Shown in pieces: positions 25,504-38,222 of a stretch of DNA of 64,000 nt. The first letter of the stretch is position 1. Each line of letters opens with the position of its first letter. A program made the translations under genes and the position numbers. The notes below the pieces were generated by a model that worked only from the letters and a program-made list of their open reading frames with translations, was not told the DNA's origin and ran no database searches. The stretch comes from Eledone cirrhosa (taxonomy: Eukaryota), in assembly GCA_964016885.1 (NCBI GenBank), contig OZ024763.1, positions 19,468,001 through 19,532,000 of the forward strand. The letters are read 5' to 3'.

Positions 25504-26283
25504 TGTAAATAGATATCGAGACCTCTGTAGCGCTCTCTAGACAAGGGAAGTAGCTAGAGTTACTTCCCGTTGAAATTATGGAACGTTCCCTTTAACTTCC
25601 GTTCAAGGGATTATAAAAGAGGAAACTGAAATCCATCGTCCCCTTTTGGCGGCTTTTTCTCAAACTGATCACATCGGTCGCAAGCATGCTAACCTTTCTC
25701 CAACCACATCTCATGGTTCAGGATTATACCTCGTTATGACACAAGGATATTTGTTTACCACGTTTGTAACATGGACCATTTTAAATGCAAATTATTTTTG
25801 ATATTCGTTTTGAGAAACTTGTTACGTTTTCAGTCATTACTTCTTGTAGTGGAAGATAATTCTCACACGGCATGATTTTGTATGAAAATTCTCCTATCTC
25901 ATATTTCTATAAAATTTAGTAGCTGGGATCCGGTGGTACATACTGGAGTAAGTAACCCTGGGACCAGCTCACTAAACCCCTATTAACAGTTTGAATGTGC
26001 TTTGCTCATAAATTCACATATCTGACGAGATGTCAAATAAAGCGTCGTGTCCCGTCATCTTAATTGTACCTTAACCTAATCGATATCGAAACAATTGTAA
26101 TATGCCAATAAAGTTTCTACTTATGCTGCAACACTGACTTCGATTCTTTTCAAGCTACATTCTGCAAATTACTGCCGTAACCCCGAAATACATCCCAAAC
26201 GAGACGAACCCCGTAACAGCATTGAGTCCTTCGAACGGCGTCTAACTAGTTGAACACCTAACAAACACATACATATATTTACA
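25504..26283 (+). mobile_element. LTR-like or pseudo-LTR unit containing a hammerhead ribozyme
   Basis: TGTAAATA...TATTTACA termini (alternative end TAACA at 26218), TATAAAAG near 25612, hammerhead at 26017-26104 followed by AATAAA. No TSD found. Confidence 0.5.
26017..26104 (+). ncRNA. Type I hammerhead ribozyme motif
   Basis: catat CTGACGA gatgtc-(long loop)-gatatc GAAA caattg TA atatg. Perfect 5-bp stem I, paired stem II, palindromic stem III. Confidence 0.8.
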
Positions 26284-26289
26284 CATAGT

Positions 26290-26549
26290 CACGTATGGGC
26301 AACCTGCGGCCCACAAATCTGTCTGAATGGCTCGCCTAAGTCACTTAAGTGAAATCTTTCACATTTTTTTTACCCCAACTTTTCAGTCGTAATTTATCTT
26401 TCTATCATTTTTACGATCGAGTTAAACAACGTGTACGAATCTGAAGAAACAAATCAAAACAACCTGAGTTACCGCCCCTCTTTTAAATGTGGGCACGAAT
26501 CTAAATTAGCGCTTGTGGCCCGCTTCTCGAAAAGGGTTGCACATGCCTG
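26290..26549. mobile_element. hAT-Charlie-like MITE (old)
   Basis: Imperfect TIRs CACGTATGGGCAACC / GGTTGCACATGCCTG with subterminal GGCCCG motifs. TSD not preserved. Confidence 0.55.
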
Positions 26550-27334
26550 GTATATATAGATGCATATATATACCTTGGGCAGCACCTGTGTGTGTGTGTT
26601 TATATCTCATGAGATAGAGTTCTGATTTTGAAAAATGTTCGATAAGCATTTTAGGAGGTGATCAAATTGTTTGATAAGTAAAGCAACATTTTCATTTCTC
26701 TCTTAATTTACACTCAAGAGGTACAACGCGGAGATCCTAGCTAGAAATCCAGAAAACCTGGGTAGTGTCACCTATAATGAAGAATACAGTGACCAGGACT
26801 TGACTGACCGTTTACTTACCGAGCCGGTGACTTCCGAGACCGCTGTCGTTTTTCTCCATAAAATATATGACAATGGAAGCCCCGTGAGAGAGAATGGATG
26901 ATATAGCCGGTGTTGCTGGTTGTTTTCTGCAGCAATGTCTTCGCCCTGTTTTTTCTGTGAAGTACAGCTGAGATACAGTGATTACTCTTCGGTCTCAAAT
27001 AATCGTACCCAGCCCCCATGCTTATTAATTTTTCAGATCTTTTCCAACCCCACCACTTATCCATTTTTGCTAATCTCTCTCCGATGAAATGTTATATTAA
27101 GTGGTAGCCTTCCTCTGATAAATTTTTTAGACATCAAAAACCATTATATATGACAAAAAAAGAACATCACAGGAAATCCCATACGTTATAAAATAAATAG
27201 GATGGTTTGGTGTCTCAATATGTAAACTAACCAACTAATTCAGCTGTCTAAAAAACATCCATTGACATTGTATAAAAATTATTGAACAGTATCAAATTAA
27301 AAACAAAACACTATCAGAGGAAACAAAAAAGGGA

Positions 27335-27795
27335 GGAAGGAAAAAGGGATCAAGTAGCGAAAGAAAGGGAGTAGAAGAACAGACATTAGACCCCAATCTG
27401 AGTAGTGCCTTAGCCATGCCCAGTGGTCAAAATGGAAAATTCATTACCGCGGAGAATAACCAGAGACACCCACTGCACGAACCACACCACCTCACGAGGC
27501 TCTCTCCTTAACTGGACCGCCGTCAGTTTCAATTAAAATATAAAATAATTTTAAAGAAGAGAATACAGATATATCGCTGTATTTTAATTGAAACTGATGG
27601 TGGCCTGCTTGAGGAGGGAGTCTTGTGAGGTAGTGTGGCTGGTGTAGCGGGTGTCTCTGGCCATTTTCCGCAATCATCTATTTTCCATTTTGACCATGGG
27701 GCACATCTGAGCCACCATTAAGACTGGAGACTAGAATATGTCCTTCTCCCTTTTCTTTTCTTTCGCTGCTTGATCCCTTTCTTTTTACTTTTCTT
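27335..27795. repeat. Diverged ~200-bp-arm inverted repeat homologous to the ZNF upstream conserved block
   Basis: Arms 27335-27540 and 27580-27795 are reverse complements (e.g. CAGTTTCAATTAAAATA / TATTTTAATTGAAACTG). Arm resembles 1700-1850 and 10320-10470. Confidence 0.75.
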
Positions 27796-27894
27796 TTCAT
27801 TTAGTAAATCGATATAGTTGCACTTACCTAATTAGATAGATCAATTACTGCTTATCGATGTCTTTCATTTTGTAGTGAATACATTTATATCCAA

Positions 27895-28230
27895 GGCGGT
27901 GAATTGGCAGAATATTCCTTGTGGTATTCCTTCAAGATATGTGCTCTGTGTTCAAATAACGCCGAAGTCAACTTTGATTTTCATCGAGATCGACGAAAAA
28001 AAAAAAGTAGCAGTCCAGTACTGGGATTGATTCTTCCTCTATATCTCTGTTTCACATACACACTCACTCTCTTGTTCCCCGTATCTATCTAACTATCCTT
28101 TTCTGGAAGAAATTGCCTTTCATCCTTACAGGGTCTATAAAACAAAGTACCAGTAACGCACTAAGGTCGATTTATTTGACTACCCTTCCCACCAAAACTA
28201 TTGTCGTCCCTAAATCAGAAACAGTTATTA
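27895..28230 (+). mobile_element. Two degenerate tRNA-derived SINE pieces
   Basis: GGCGGTGAATTGGCAGAAT A box, GTTCAAAT B box, GTCAACTTTG core, and a second core at ~28115-28230. Confidence 0.6.
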
Positions 28231-28425
28231 CATACGACTGTGCGACGGGTTTTATTATAAAAAGTTACCTTACAATAACTTTTTTTTAATATTTACGAAA
28301 ATATTTAGGTGGGGAGGGACACAAGTAAACCCTGTTGTAGCATGTAATTGAGCGAGTATATCTTCTCACTTTTTAGTTGACTGGTTTTCTTTCGTAAATC
28401 GTATTTATGATTTAAACTGTATATA

Positions 28426-28620
28426 CGAGGATGGGCAGAAAAGTTCATAGTCTGACCGTGAAGGAACGATGCTACAGCTGTGAAATCTTGCATGCATTAA
28501 TTTCAACACTTCTTATTAATAACTTGAGTGTTTCTTTTCCAGATACCATATTGAAAAATAAACGTCATTTGATCATTCCATGAGAGTATCTTAGTCTATG
28601 AACTTTACAGCCGACCCTCA
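28426..28620. mobile_element. Tc1/mariner-type MITE
   Basis: Flanked by TA on both sides. Imperfect TIRs CGAGGATGGGCAGAAAAGTTCATAG / CTATGAACTTTACAGCCGACCCTCA. Confidence 0.7.
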
Positions 28621-29504
28621 TATGTACCAAAATATTTCTATAGTAAAAATACCAGTAGTGAAAAAAATATATATATAGTGCAACACTTCAACGAAAACAT
28701 ATATACACATATGTTTGTGTGTGTAGAGAGAGACGGAACTTACCACTAAATACAAAATGTTTGAACAGCATTCAACGTGTCATAAAATTACACAGTTTTG
28801 ATATGTAATGTATAAACATGTTTGAAGAGATGTGAATTTCCCATACATTAATTACAATTAATTTTAGTCCTCGGCCTTTCAGTAAATGTCTTTGAATTCT
28901 TCTGTATATGTTCACACAGACGTTAAACTATGACAAACAAGAACGATAACTCGGAATGACAACTATTATCCGTCGCTGAATTGTTTCCCATGTGTATGAT
29001 TACGTGTGTTTATATGTATGTAAGCTTGTATACATACATGCTGATGGCTGCAACACGATTTTGAGTAATGCCGTCGCTTGATACTTAAGCATAAACATCA
29101 CGGACGTAGCGTTTTAGTCCTACAAGGGACTTGCATATGACCAGGAATGCCATGCATCGCAAAAAACGTCACATATCAGCTTTTTTAAGTGATGAAAGGT
29201 TTAGCACGGGTCAAATCCCACTCTCTGAACATCGAATGTATTTAACCAAAACGTAGAATTGCTCTACATCATTGGATACAAAGGAAGTCACTAGCTTTAT
29301 AACAGAGTGACCTTCTAGAGATGAAGAGCAGGAATGCGTCCATTGCAACACCCACCCCACCTAACGGGGCTCCTTCCTGAAGTGTGCTGCTGTCTTTACG
29401 ATAGTGTATACATAGTATCTATACAGTATACATATATATAGGTTGAGAGGACCCTACTGTAGTATCAAGAACATTGCAAACTCTCTAGTGTTGGTGATCT
29501 ACAC

Positions 29505-29705
29505 CAGAGATGTCAAAAATGTGGCCCGCGACCCTTTAAAAGTACGCCTGTGGCTCGCACAAAGGTTTTTACAGCAGGAGCATGTTTTATCTTCGTAATA
29601 TAAAATTAAAAAAATTAGTTGTAATATGCGCAATTAGTTGTGTGCAGCCCTCAGACAACACGTGACCCATGTGGCCATCGGGTCACCCTCAGTTTGACAT
29701 GCCTG
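29505..29705. mobile_element. hAT-Charlie-like MITE
   Basis: 8-bp TSD ATCTACAC (29497-29504 and 29706-29713). TIRs CAGAGATGTCAAA / TTTGACATGCCTG. Confidence 0.85.
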
Positions 29706-30147
29706 ATCTACACGATAAACGCACCCAGTACAAGCATTAATGTGGTCGTGATAGGAAGCGTTTCTAATCATAAAAAGCTTATCAAAGAAGGGTTTTGAGG
29801 ACCCTTCAGTTGTGTCAAGGGTATAACAACCTCCGTAGTATTGGGATCTACATAAATGCACCCTGTGTGTGATGTAAAGTTGTTGGTGATAGGAAGGGTA
29901 CCCAGCCACAGAAAACTTGCCAAACAAAAGGTTGGGAGGACCGTTCAGTTGTGTTGAAGACATGACGTCTTTTGTAATGGTGCCACAATACGATACACTC
30001 AGTAAAATGTAGGACGAGTTGTGGACCCCCCTCACTCCACTCTGGTTTGTGAAGACCTGACCAATCCTTGCTAGCAGGGAAAGTGGATGTTAAATGATGA
30101 GCTGTGACGTTACTGGTACCAAGATGTTTCAGACTTTACATTGCACG

Positions 30148-30184
<37 letters not shown>

Positions 30185-30581
30185 AATATATATATATATA
30201 TATATATATATAATTGAATATACAAGAGAACTTGGACCCTTACAATTTGATATATGGGAGTATATTTCTTCCGTTTGAGTGAGTAATATATATATTTAAA
30301 AAAAAAACACATATGTATATATATATATGGGATAACAAGTTATCGTTATAGCTAATCCAGTTGTTTGACTCAACGAGAGGTTTCCACAGTTAAGTAGCGA
30401 GATCGCGAGAATTTATAAGCAGGTTATTCTTGGAATAATAATAGTGAAAGATTGAAGAATAACATGGTCGGCTGTACAAAAAGGGATTTATTTCTAGTAT
30501 TAACAATTGTTTCATTGATCAGGTGAGTCTAAAGGCCGCTAATCATTCGAAGTTGCGTGTGTCTATATATATATATATATA

Positions 30582-30775
30582 AATAATAATAAATTTGAAG
30601 ACTAAAATCCAAAGAGGGTTCGATAAGGATACATATATATCAAATATATAAGAACTGTAGAGCAAATATTTATTAAAATAACAGATTAAAGTTTAAGCAA
30701 AGAATCGTTTCAGAAGATCCCATTAAATGTGAAAGCAGCGATTCTTTGCTTAAACTTTAATCTGTTATTTTAATA
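30582..30775 (-). mobile_element. PLE-like terminus with ~35-bp inverted duplication (paralog 53942-54133)
   Basis: TTAAAATAACAGATTAAAGTTTAAGCAAAGAATCG is mirrored at 30739-30774. Half hammerhead GAAAcgatTC on the minus strand; flanked by (TA)n. Confidence 0.55.
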
Positions 30776-30890
30776 TATATATATATGTTGCGATGTATAA
30801 GAGGATTTTTCAAGCTTCACATTTTATCTCCTTCATTCCAGACTGTCTCTGTATATTTGTATGTTTCACATTTCACAGTGATGGGGTTTA

Positions 30891-31565
30891 TCATAAGTGT
30901 TGACTACGTTTGTGAACAACCAGTGAAGAATTCTGAGTGAAAGATTTCCCACATATTTCACATGAATAAGATTTTTCTCCTGTGTGTGTTGTTGTATGTC
31001 TTTTCAAGTCACTGTTGGATGCAAATGATTTCCCACATATTTCACAATGGAAGGGTTTCTCTCCAGTGTGACTTCGGATGTGGATGACAAGAATAGAATT
31101 ATTGCAGAAAGATTTACCACATATTTCACAGTGGCAGGGCTTTCCTCCATCGTGTGTTGTTCTATGTCTTTTCAAGCCACTGTTGCAGACAAAAGATTTC
31201 CCACATATTTCACAGAGGAAGGGTTTTTCTCCAGTGTGTGTTCTTATATGGCTTTTCAAGTCACACCTCAAAACAAAAGATTTCCCACATATTTCACAAT
31301 GGAAGGGCTTTTCTCCAGTGTGACTCCGTATGTGGACGACAAGATTAGGATTATTAGTGTAAGATTTACCACATATTTCACAGTGGAAGGGTTTTTCACC
31401 AGTGTGACTCCGTATGTGGATGACAAGAGTAGAATTATTACTGAAAGATTTCCCACATATTTCACAGTGGAAGGGTTTTTCTCCAGCGTGTATTTTCTCG
31501 TGTGAGGATAGTTTCAGTTTTGAAGAATAAGTTTTCTGGCAAATCTCACAGCTATATTCAGACAT
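30891..31565 (-). CDS. C2H2 zinc-finger array protein, type A (8 fingers), intact
   Basis: 224-aa uninterrupted ORF of CEICGKSF-x-HTGEKPF repeats, no other domain. Confidence 0.93.
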   Translation of the reverse strand: MSEYSCEICQKTYSSKLKLSSHEKIHAGEKPFHCEICGKSFSNNSTLVIHIRSHTGEKPFHCEICGKSYTNNPNLVVHIRSHTGEKPFHCEICGKSFVLRCDLKSHIRTHTGEKPFLCEICGKSFVCNSGLKRHRTTHDGGKPCHCEICGKSFCNNSILVIHIRSHTGEKPFHCEICGKSFASNSDLKRHTTTHTGEKSYSCEICGKSFTQNSSLVVHKRSQHL

Positions 31566-32708
31566 ATTTCTAGCTAGTGATCTTTACATAAAGGATTCTC
31601 ACCACTTTTACTCGTATATTAATAAATGTAGATATCGTTAATAGATATCATGTAGTCTAACATACAGTGTCCATAAAAGACTGCAGGACACGGCTTTCTT
31701 CTTCTACAAAGTTGTATTGTAGCATTCAGTTGGTACAAGTAAGAAAACACGATAGCGTAAGACTGATCTTGGGTGAAGAAAAGACAAGTGATTATACATA
31801 TATATATATGATTATAGTGGAGTATTCCACTATTATTTTTGCTAAGGTGAGAGGAGCTCTATGCACACTAAGATCCTCAGCTTATAAAACAGACGAATAA
31901 GTCTTCGAAAGATAAGGTTCTTGTTATTGAGAACAGTTCAGGTCACAAGAGAATTAATATTCATAATTTCAAAAGACGAAGGTTAATATATATACATAAA
32001 TATATGCAGACATAGAGTGTGTACGTATGAGAGAGAGAAATAAGTAGACGTGTGTGTGTGTAGAAATGTGTGTACGTGTAATAAATTAAGATATTTCACT
32101 TCAGATAGTAGAAAAGTTCACAATGTTTGTGCTGTGATGGAAAACGAAATAATACGTACTTTAGTTCTCAAGACCAAATACAAATTCATAAAAAGTTAGG
32201 AAAAACTAAATGTTCAGATTTCTGATTAAAAAAAATATTTTCCTGTCATGTAAAATGTTGAACAACCCACTTCACGATGTTGGGGGTTGTTTGTGATGAA
32301 GTGAAATATTTAATAGTACAGGTGATAAAACAACGACTATAAGGCAAATAAGTCGCCTTATGTTATTTACAAACATTAATGTTCACCTTAATATGAAATA
32401 ATCAGCATAAAATATAAAATTAGATTAGATTTAATTTGTAACGATGGATCCGTTGTAGATATCTTTCAACCGTCTAGTTGCACCGGTGACATGACTTAAA
32501 AGTCCCCTACATAATTTAACATTCAGAAAAACCTTCAGTTATATTAATACATACGTTCAATCAATATGCGAGTTCTTTATTTGTATAAATAATATCAATT
32601 TTATATGACTGTTCATCTTTAAACAAAACATTATTAAAGATAATAAAATATTTAAAAAATGGAAATGAAAAGAAGAAAATTAAAAACGAATCAAGCAACG
32701 AAAATAAT

Positions 32709-32888
32709 TGTTTCTACTTTAGGCACAAGGCCAGCAATCACCAGTGCATTACTGGTACTTTATTTTATCGACCCCGTAAGGATGAAAGGCAAAGTCAACC
32801 TCGGCGGGATTTGAACTCAGATGGTAAAGGGACGTAACTATGCTGGAAAGCATGGCGTCCGACCCTCTACCGATACTGCCAATCCACC
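32709..32888 (-). mobile_element. Full-length tRNA-derived SINE (180 bp) with TSD
   Basis: 8-bp TSD AAAATAAT (32701-32708, 32889-32896), A box TGGCAGTATCGG, B box GAGTTCAAATCC. Empty site in the paralogs at ~1683 and ~56028. Confidence 0.92.
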
Positions 32889-33789
32889 AAAATAATGGGA
32901 GATGAGTAGGGACAAGCATTATATTCCAGAGTTGTGATTCAGTCCCACTCTACAGACAAAATGGCAAAGCTGTTACCATGGAGAATAGCCAGAGACACCC
33001 ACTGCAACATCCACCCCATATCATGGGACTCCTTCTTCGAGTGAGCTGCTGTCTTTGTAATATGGAGGTGGAAATCAGCAGTGTGGGGACAAAGAGGAAG
33101 TGGTTATTCAGGCTCCGGTATTTAACTATTTTCCTCTTCTCTCTATTGCAGGTAGTAAAACCTGGGTTTGTAGCCGAAGTGAAAATGTTGGAGGCAGAGA
33201 ATGATCCAACCCATGCTAAACCTTCAACTAATTCTGCTACTTGTCTTTTTCAGTAGTGGATATTAGAGACATGTGGAAGGATATGTCTTGCTTAAGGATA
33301 CAATGTGCCTCCCTGGCTGAGAATTTAAACATATAATTGGACGTATGACATTATAACAAGAATTGATGTGGTGTGTGACAAACATGTTGGATTGTAGCAG
33401 TTTTATTAATCACCGTTGAGCAGAGTTATTTAGATGTAGTGAGAAAGTAATGTTTGTTAATTTGTATGATTGTAGTTAAACAAAAGGATTACAAAAGGAA
33501 ATGTGCCATTTTACAAGGCTCGAGGCAGGCCGGCAGCCCAAAGTGCCAATCTCACCGTTACATATTGTACGTGTCATTCCTTCGAAGTTCAGGATGCGAG
33601 AGACAGATTCTTCAAATCTTCGCGGGAAATTTCTCCCTCAGGGCGCGTAGGGATACATTCTCTTCTGCTGGCGCTGATTGGCTGAGTTGAGCCAAATCAC
33701 GCACAGAGAATGTATGTGAGCCCGCGGAATGTAGGTCACTACAACATCACTTTTTATATGTGTGGGAGTACAAATGCATATATATATAT

Positions 33790-35745
33790 TTCGGAAATAG
33801 TTGCTGAAATGCTGAGAGCATCTGGAACGGTGGGACACACTATGGTCACCCGGATAGTAAACCAAGCCATACAGAATGGGGTCGTTCCAAAGGACTGGTG
33901 TAGCAGCATCATCATTAACTGCTACAAGGGTAAAGGAGATGCTCTAGATAGGGGTAACTATAGAGGCATTAAATTAATTGACCAGGTCATGAAGATCACA
34001 GAAAAAGTAATAGCGCAACTAATCAGAGAGCGAATTGATCTAGATGAAATGCAGTTCGGGTTTGTGTTAGGTAAAAGTACCACAGATGCTCTTTTCTTGT
34101 ATGACAATTACAGGAGAAGTACCTAGCTAAAAGTAAACCCCTATACTTAGCTTTTGTTGAATTGGAGAAAGCCTTTGACAGAGTCCCCCGCTCCATTATC
34201 TGGTGGGCTCTTAGAAAGCTAGGTGTTGATGAATGGCTTGTGAGAGCTATGCAAGCCATGTATAAAGAAGCAGTCAGCAAGGTTAGAATTAACAACGAAT
34301 ATAGTGAAGAATTTAGCGTAAAAGTTAGTGTTCATCTGGGCTCCGTTCTTAGCCCCCTACTATTTATTATTGCCCTTCAGGCTATAACAGAGGAGTTCAA
34401 GACTGGCTGCCCATGGGAACTCCTATACGCAGATGCTCTAACGCTCATAGCTGAATCAATGGCTGAACTAGAGAAGAAATTCCAAACATGGAAGCATGGC
34501 CTAGAATTAAAAGGCCTTAAAATTAACCTGTCTAAGACTAAAGTTCTAGATTGTAGGAAGGAAAATAGGGCACCGGTCCCATCTAGGAAATGGCCATGTT
34601 CAGTGTGTAGGAAAGGAGTAGGCAGAAACTCCATTTTATGTCCCAAATGCAAAGTATGGGTGCATAAAAGATGTAGTGGGATAAACAGGTAAGCTAACTA
34701 AGAATATAAATTTTATATGTGGCCAGTGCTCTGGTGCAATAAGTAGCAGCAAGTGCCCACTGAATACTAGCTCATTCCATTGTACAGATGGTTCTATAGA
34801 AATAGTGGACACCTTCCGTTACCTGGGTGACAAAATCAGCAGTGGTGGAGGGTGCTCTGAAAGTACAATAGCTAGAGTCAGAACGGGATGAAAAAAGTTC
34901 AGAGAGCTTATACCACCATTGGCCGCTAAAGGGTTCTCTCTAAAAATGAAAGGCAGGCTGTATGATGCCTGCATACGAACAGCAATGTTACATGGCAGTG
35001 AGACTTTGGCATTGTGTGCAGAGGATATATGCAGATTGGAGAGGAACGAAGCTTGCATGCTCCACTGGATGTGTAATAGTAATATACGTGAACAGCAAAG
35101 CATAAACAAACTAAGGTAGAAATTAAGAATAAGAGGGATCAGATGTTGTTTATTCGAGAGAAGACTACGTTGGTACAGTCACGTAATGCGCATGAAAGAC
35201 GACAGCTGTATAAAAAAGTGCAGGGCGATAAAAATAAACAGTAGCCACGGAGTAGGCAGACCCAGGAAAACCTGGGACGACTTGATAAATTCCGACCTCA
35301 CACACTTACACCTCTCCAAGACAATGTCACTGGACCGAGATCTTTGGCGCTACACAGTAATACAGAAGACCCGCCTTACCTAAGTACAAAGCGAAACCTA
35401 GTCAGTAGGCATCTCTAACAAAAACACACACCCATCCACACCACCCCTTTCAATGTAAAGTTATGTTGGTACCACAAGATCCTGTCCGAAACAAATGAGG
35501 TCGTGTAGGTGACACGTAAAAAAACCCACACAGTCCACGCTGTAATGTGGCCGTGTAGGTAACACGGTAAAAACCTCCTAGTCCACACTGTAAACGTGGT
35601 TGGTGTTAGGAAGGGCATCCAGCCGTAGAACCCTGCCAGACAGTCCTTTACGAGCAAGACAACCAATCTTGCCTCAAGTGGGAAAATTCCTGTCCAAACC
35701 CATGCAAGCGTGGAAGATGGATGTTAAACAATGATGATGATGATA
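33790..35745 (+). mobile_element. RTE LINE with PHD finger, duplicate of 2586-4541
   Basis: Same 5' truncation point and flanks. YADD mutated to YADA, frameshifts present, (TGA)n tail. Confidence 0.92.
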
Positions 35746-36179
35746 TATATAAACAAAGAGGGTGTGGTAAGATACCAAACGTTATGAGAGAAATACGATA
35801 GTCGATGAGTTGATTGCTTCTTATAGTGACATACTTCTGACTTCCAGGATATAAATAAATATCTCTTTAACGCTCAATCCTCTATAAATATAATTTTTAT
35901 TGTCGAAAGGAATATAGTAGGAGTCATTCTGTTATAGTTCTTTATTCTTCCGTAGTCATCTCCTTGTCTTCCGTGTACTCTGGTGAGAGAGAGTGATCAT
36001 ATATCCATACACAATTTACCATTGGTATGTTTAACCTTATTGCATATGAAAATGTTGCTATTGTGAGATATGACGTAGTTCCACTACAAAACCAAGTGCA
36101 GAGTACTCACAACCTCTAACTGGATTACCTTAAATACCTTATCCTATATATATATACAGTAGGCAAAAGATGTAATGGA

Positions 36180-36890
36180 AAAATGAGTAGTCTAACAGGA
36201 AGAGAGATCTTTGTATGTAGACTAGGCACAGCAGTGCTACTGTTATAAACTGTTTCCAGTCACAGTAAGGATCTATAGACGTGGTTGATAGCTTCTGCTA
36301 CCTAGGTGACCTAATTAGCAGCAGAGGAAGGTGTGCCAAGAGTAGAGTGGCTTGAATAAGGATAGGATTGAAGTTTAGTGAACTACTCCTACTGCTGATA
36401 ACATAAGGTTTTTCCCTAGACTCAAAAGGAAGGGCAATATGAAGTCTGTGTAAAAGGTGCAATACTGCAAGATAGAGAAACATGGGCTGTGACTGCAGAG
36501 GATGTGATTAAACTGGATAAAAATGAAGCAACCATGTTTTGTTGGATGTGCAATGTAAATGTGAAAGAAAAGCAGAGCTTGGCCGAGCTGAGGGAGGAGC
36601 TGGGTTTATGGGGAGTCCGAGATTAGAGGTGGGAGACATGACTGCTGTGGTATGGATATGTGATGCACATGGACAATGACCAATGGGTGAAGAAATGCCA
36701 GGAAACCCCAATGGAAGGAAGCCGTGGTAGAGGACAACCAAGAAAGACCTGGGCAAATGTTGTGAGAGCTGAAATCAAATCACTAAGACTGGAAGAGATG
36801 ATGAAGGAACACATCAATTGGAGAGATGCCATGCTGAGAAGGACCTGTCCAAGCAATGCAAGCATGACAAAACAGATGTAATGATGACAA
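36180..36890 (+). mobile_element. Old RTE 3' fragment, duplicate of 5830-6540
   Basis: Near-identical sequence and flanks. Confidence 0.85.
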
Positions 36891-38222
36891 TACACAACAT
36901 ATACACTATATATATATATATAAATATGTACATAGTATTTATATATATATATATATAAATACTATGTATATTGTGTATGTGCTATATATAAACAATATAT
37001 ACACTATATATATATATATGAATGCTATGTACATTATGTATGTGCTATATATACACAATATATATGCTATATATATATATATATATTCTACATATATAAA
37101 GTATTTACTACATATAAATATATATATATGTACTACATACACATTATATATAATGTTGTCCAAGGGAATATCTGAAATAGCTTGGCACCAATGAAAGTAC
37201 CATCCAACAAATATTAAAGTTATAAAATTGTTTTTATTTACACATAAATGTGGATATTTTGTCACAAATATAAATATAAACCAGTTAGGGTTTATAAATT
37301 AAACATATATAAACACATCAATCTTTTGTTTTGAACTGATGGAGTCATACAGGTGTCACTGTGGGCATTTAAAGCTTGCTGGAGCCCATCACTCACCAGG
37401 TTAGAACAAATGATTTCTTCCAGAGAAGGAGGGAGAATGAGAGAGCGGAAGAAGAGACCCCAGTGATAGACTGGTATTGTTTTTTTATCAACCTTGAATG
37501 GATAAAAGTGAAAATTGACCTCAGCAGGATTTAAACTCAGAAAGCAGAAAACCAGAACAAATATGGCAGAAAGCATTCTATCCATTGTTATATAGACATT
37601 AAATAATTGTTTCTACTTTTGACACAAGGCTGGCTATTTGAAGGAAAGGGGAAAGCAACCCACAGTGCATTACTGGTACTTTATTTCATCGACCATGGCA
37701 GGATTTAAATTCAGAACATAAAGGGCTGTAACTATATGACACAAAGCATATTGTTTGATGCATATTCTATTCAAGCAAGCTACAACACTGATATATATAC
37801 ACAGTGGAGCCTCAAATCCCAAACTCCTCTCATTAAAAACAAATCTGCACATAATAATTCTGAACATAAAACATCTTCATTGATGAACGGTGTCTCAAAT
37901 AATGAACACACAAGCCAGCAACAAGCTGGGTGTATTAGCAGGAAAGTGTCACTTGCTGTGTAGTTAGTTACTATGGCAATATCTATCAGTCTTTTACACT
38001 CTATCTCCCTGTATTTGTCTCTTCATATTTCATATGTGAAAAATAGTTTCGGTTTACAAACAATTTGGCTGACAACTGGCCTTCAGGAATGAATTAGGTT
38101 TGTGAACCAAGATTCCTCAGTGTATATATGCTTCAATGTGTAAGAGTAAGATTTATCACATTTCACATTTTATACTCTTCCTTTCAATGTGTGTGTGTGT
38201 TTCATATTTCCCAGTGATGGGT

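Noticed and set aside
27626-27648. let-7-like TGAGGTAGTGTGG in a hairpin arm
   Set aside because: Only the seed region matches, and the 200-bp diverged arms do not give pre-miRNA geometry.
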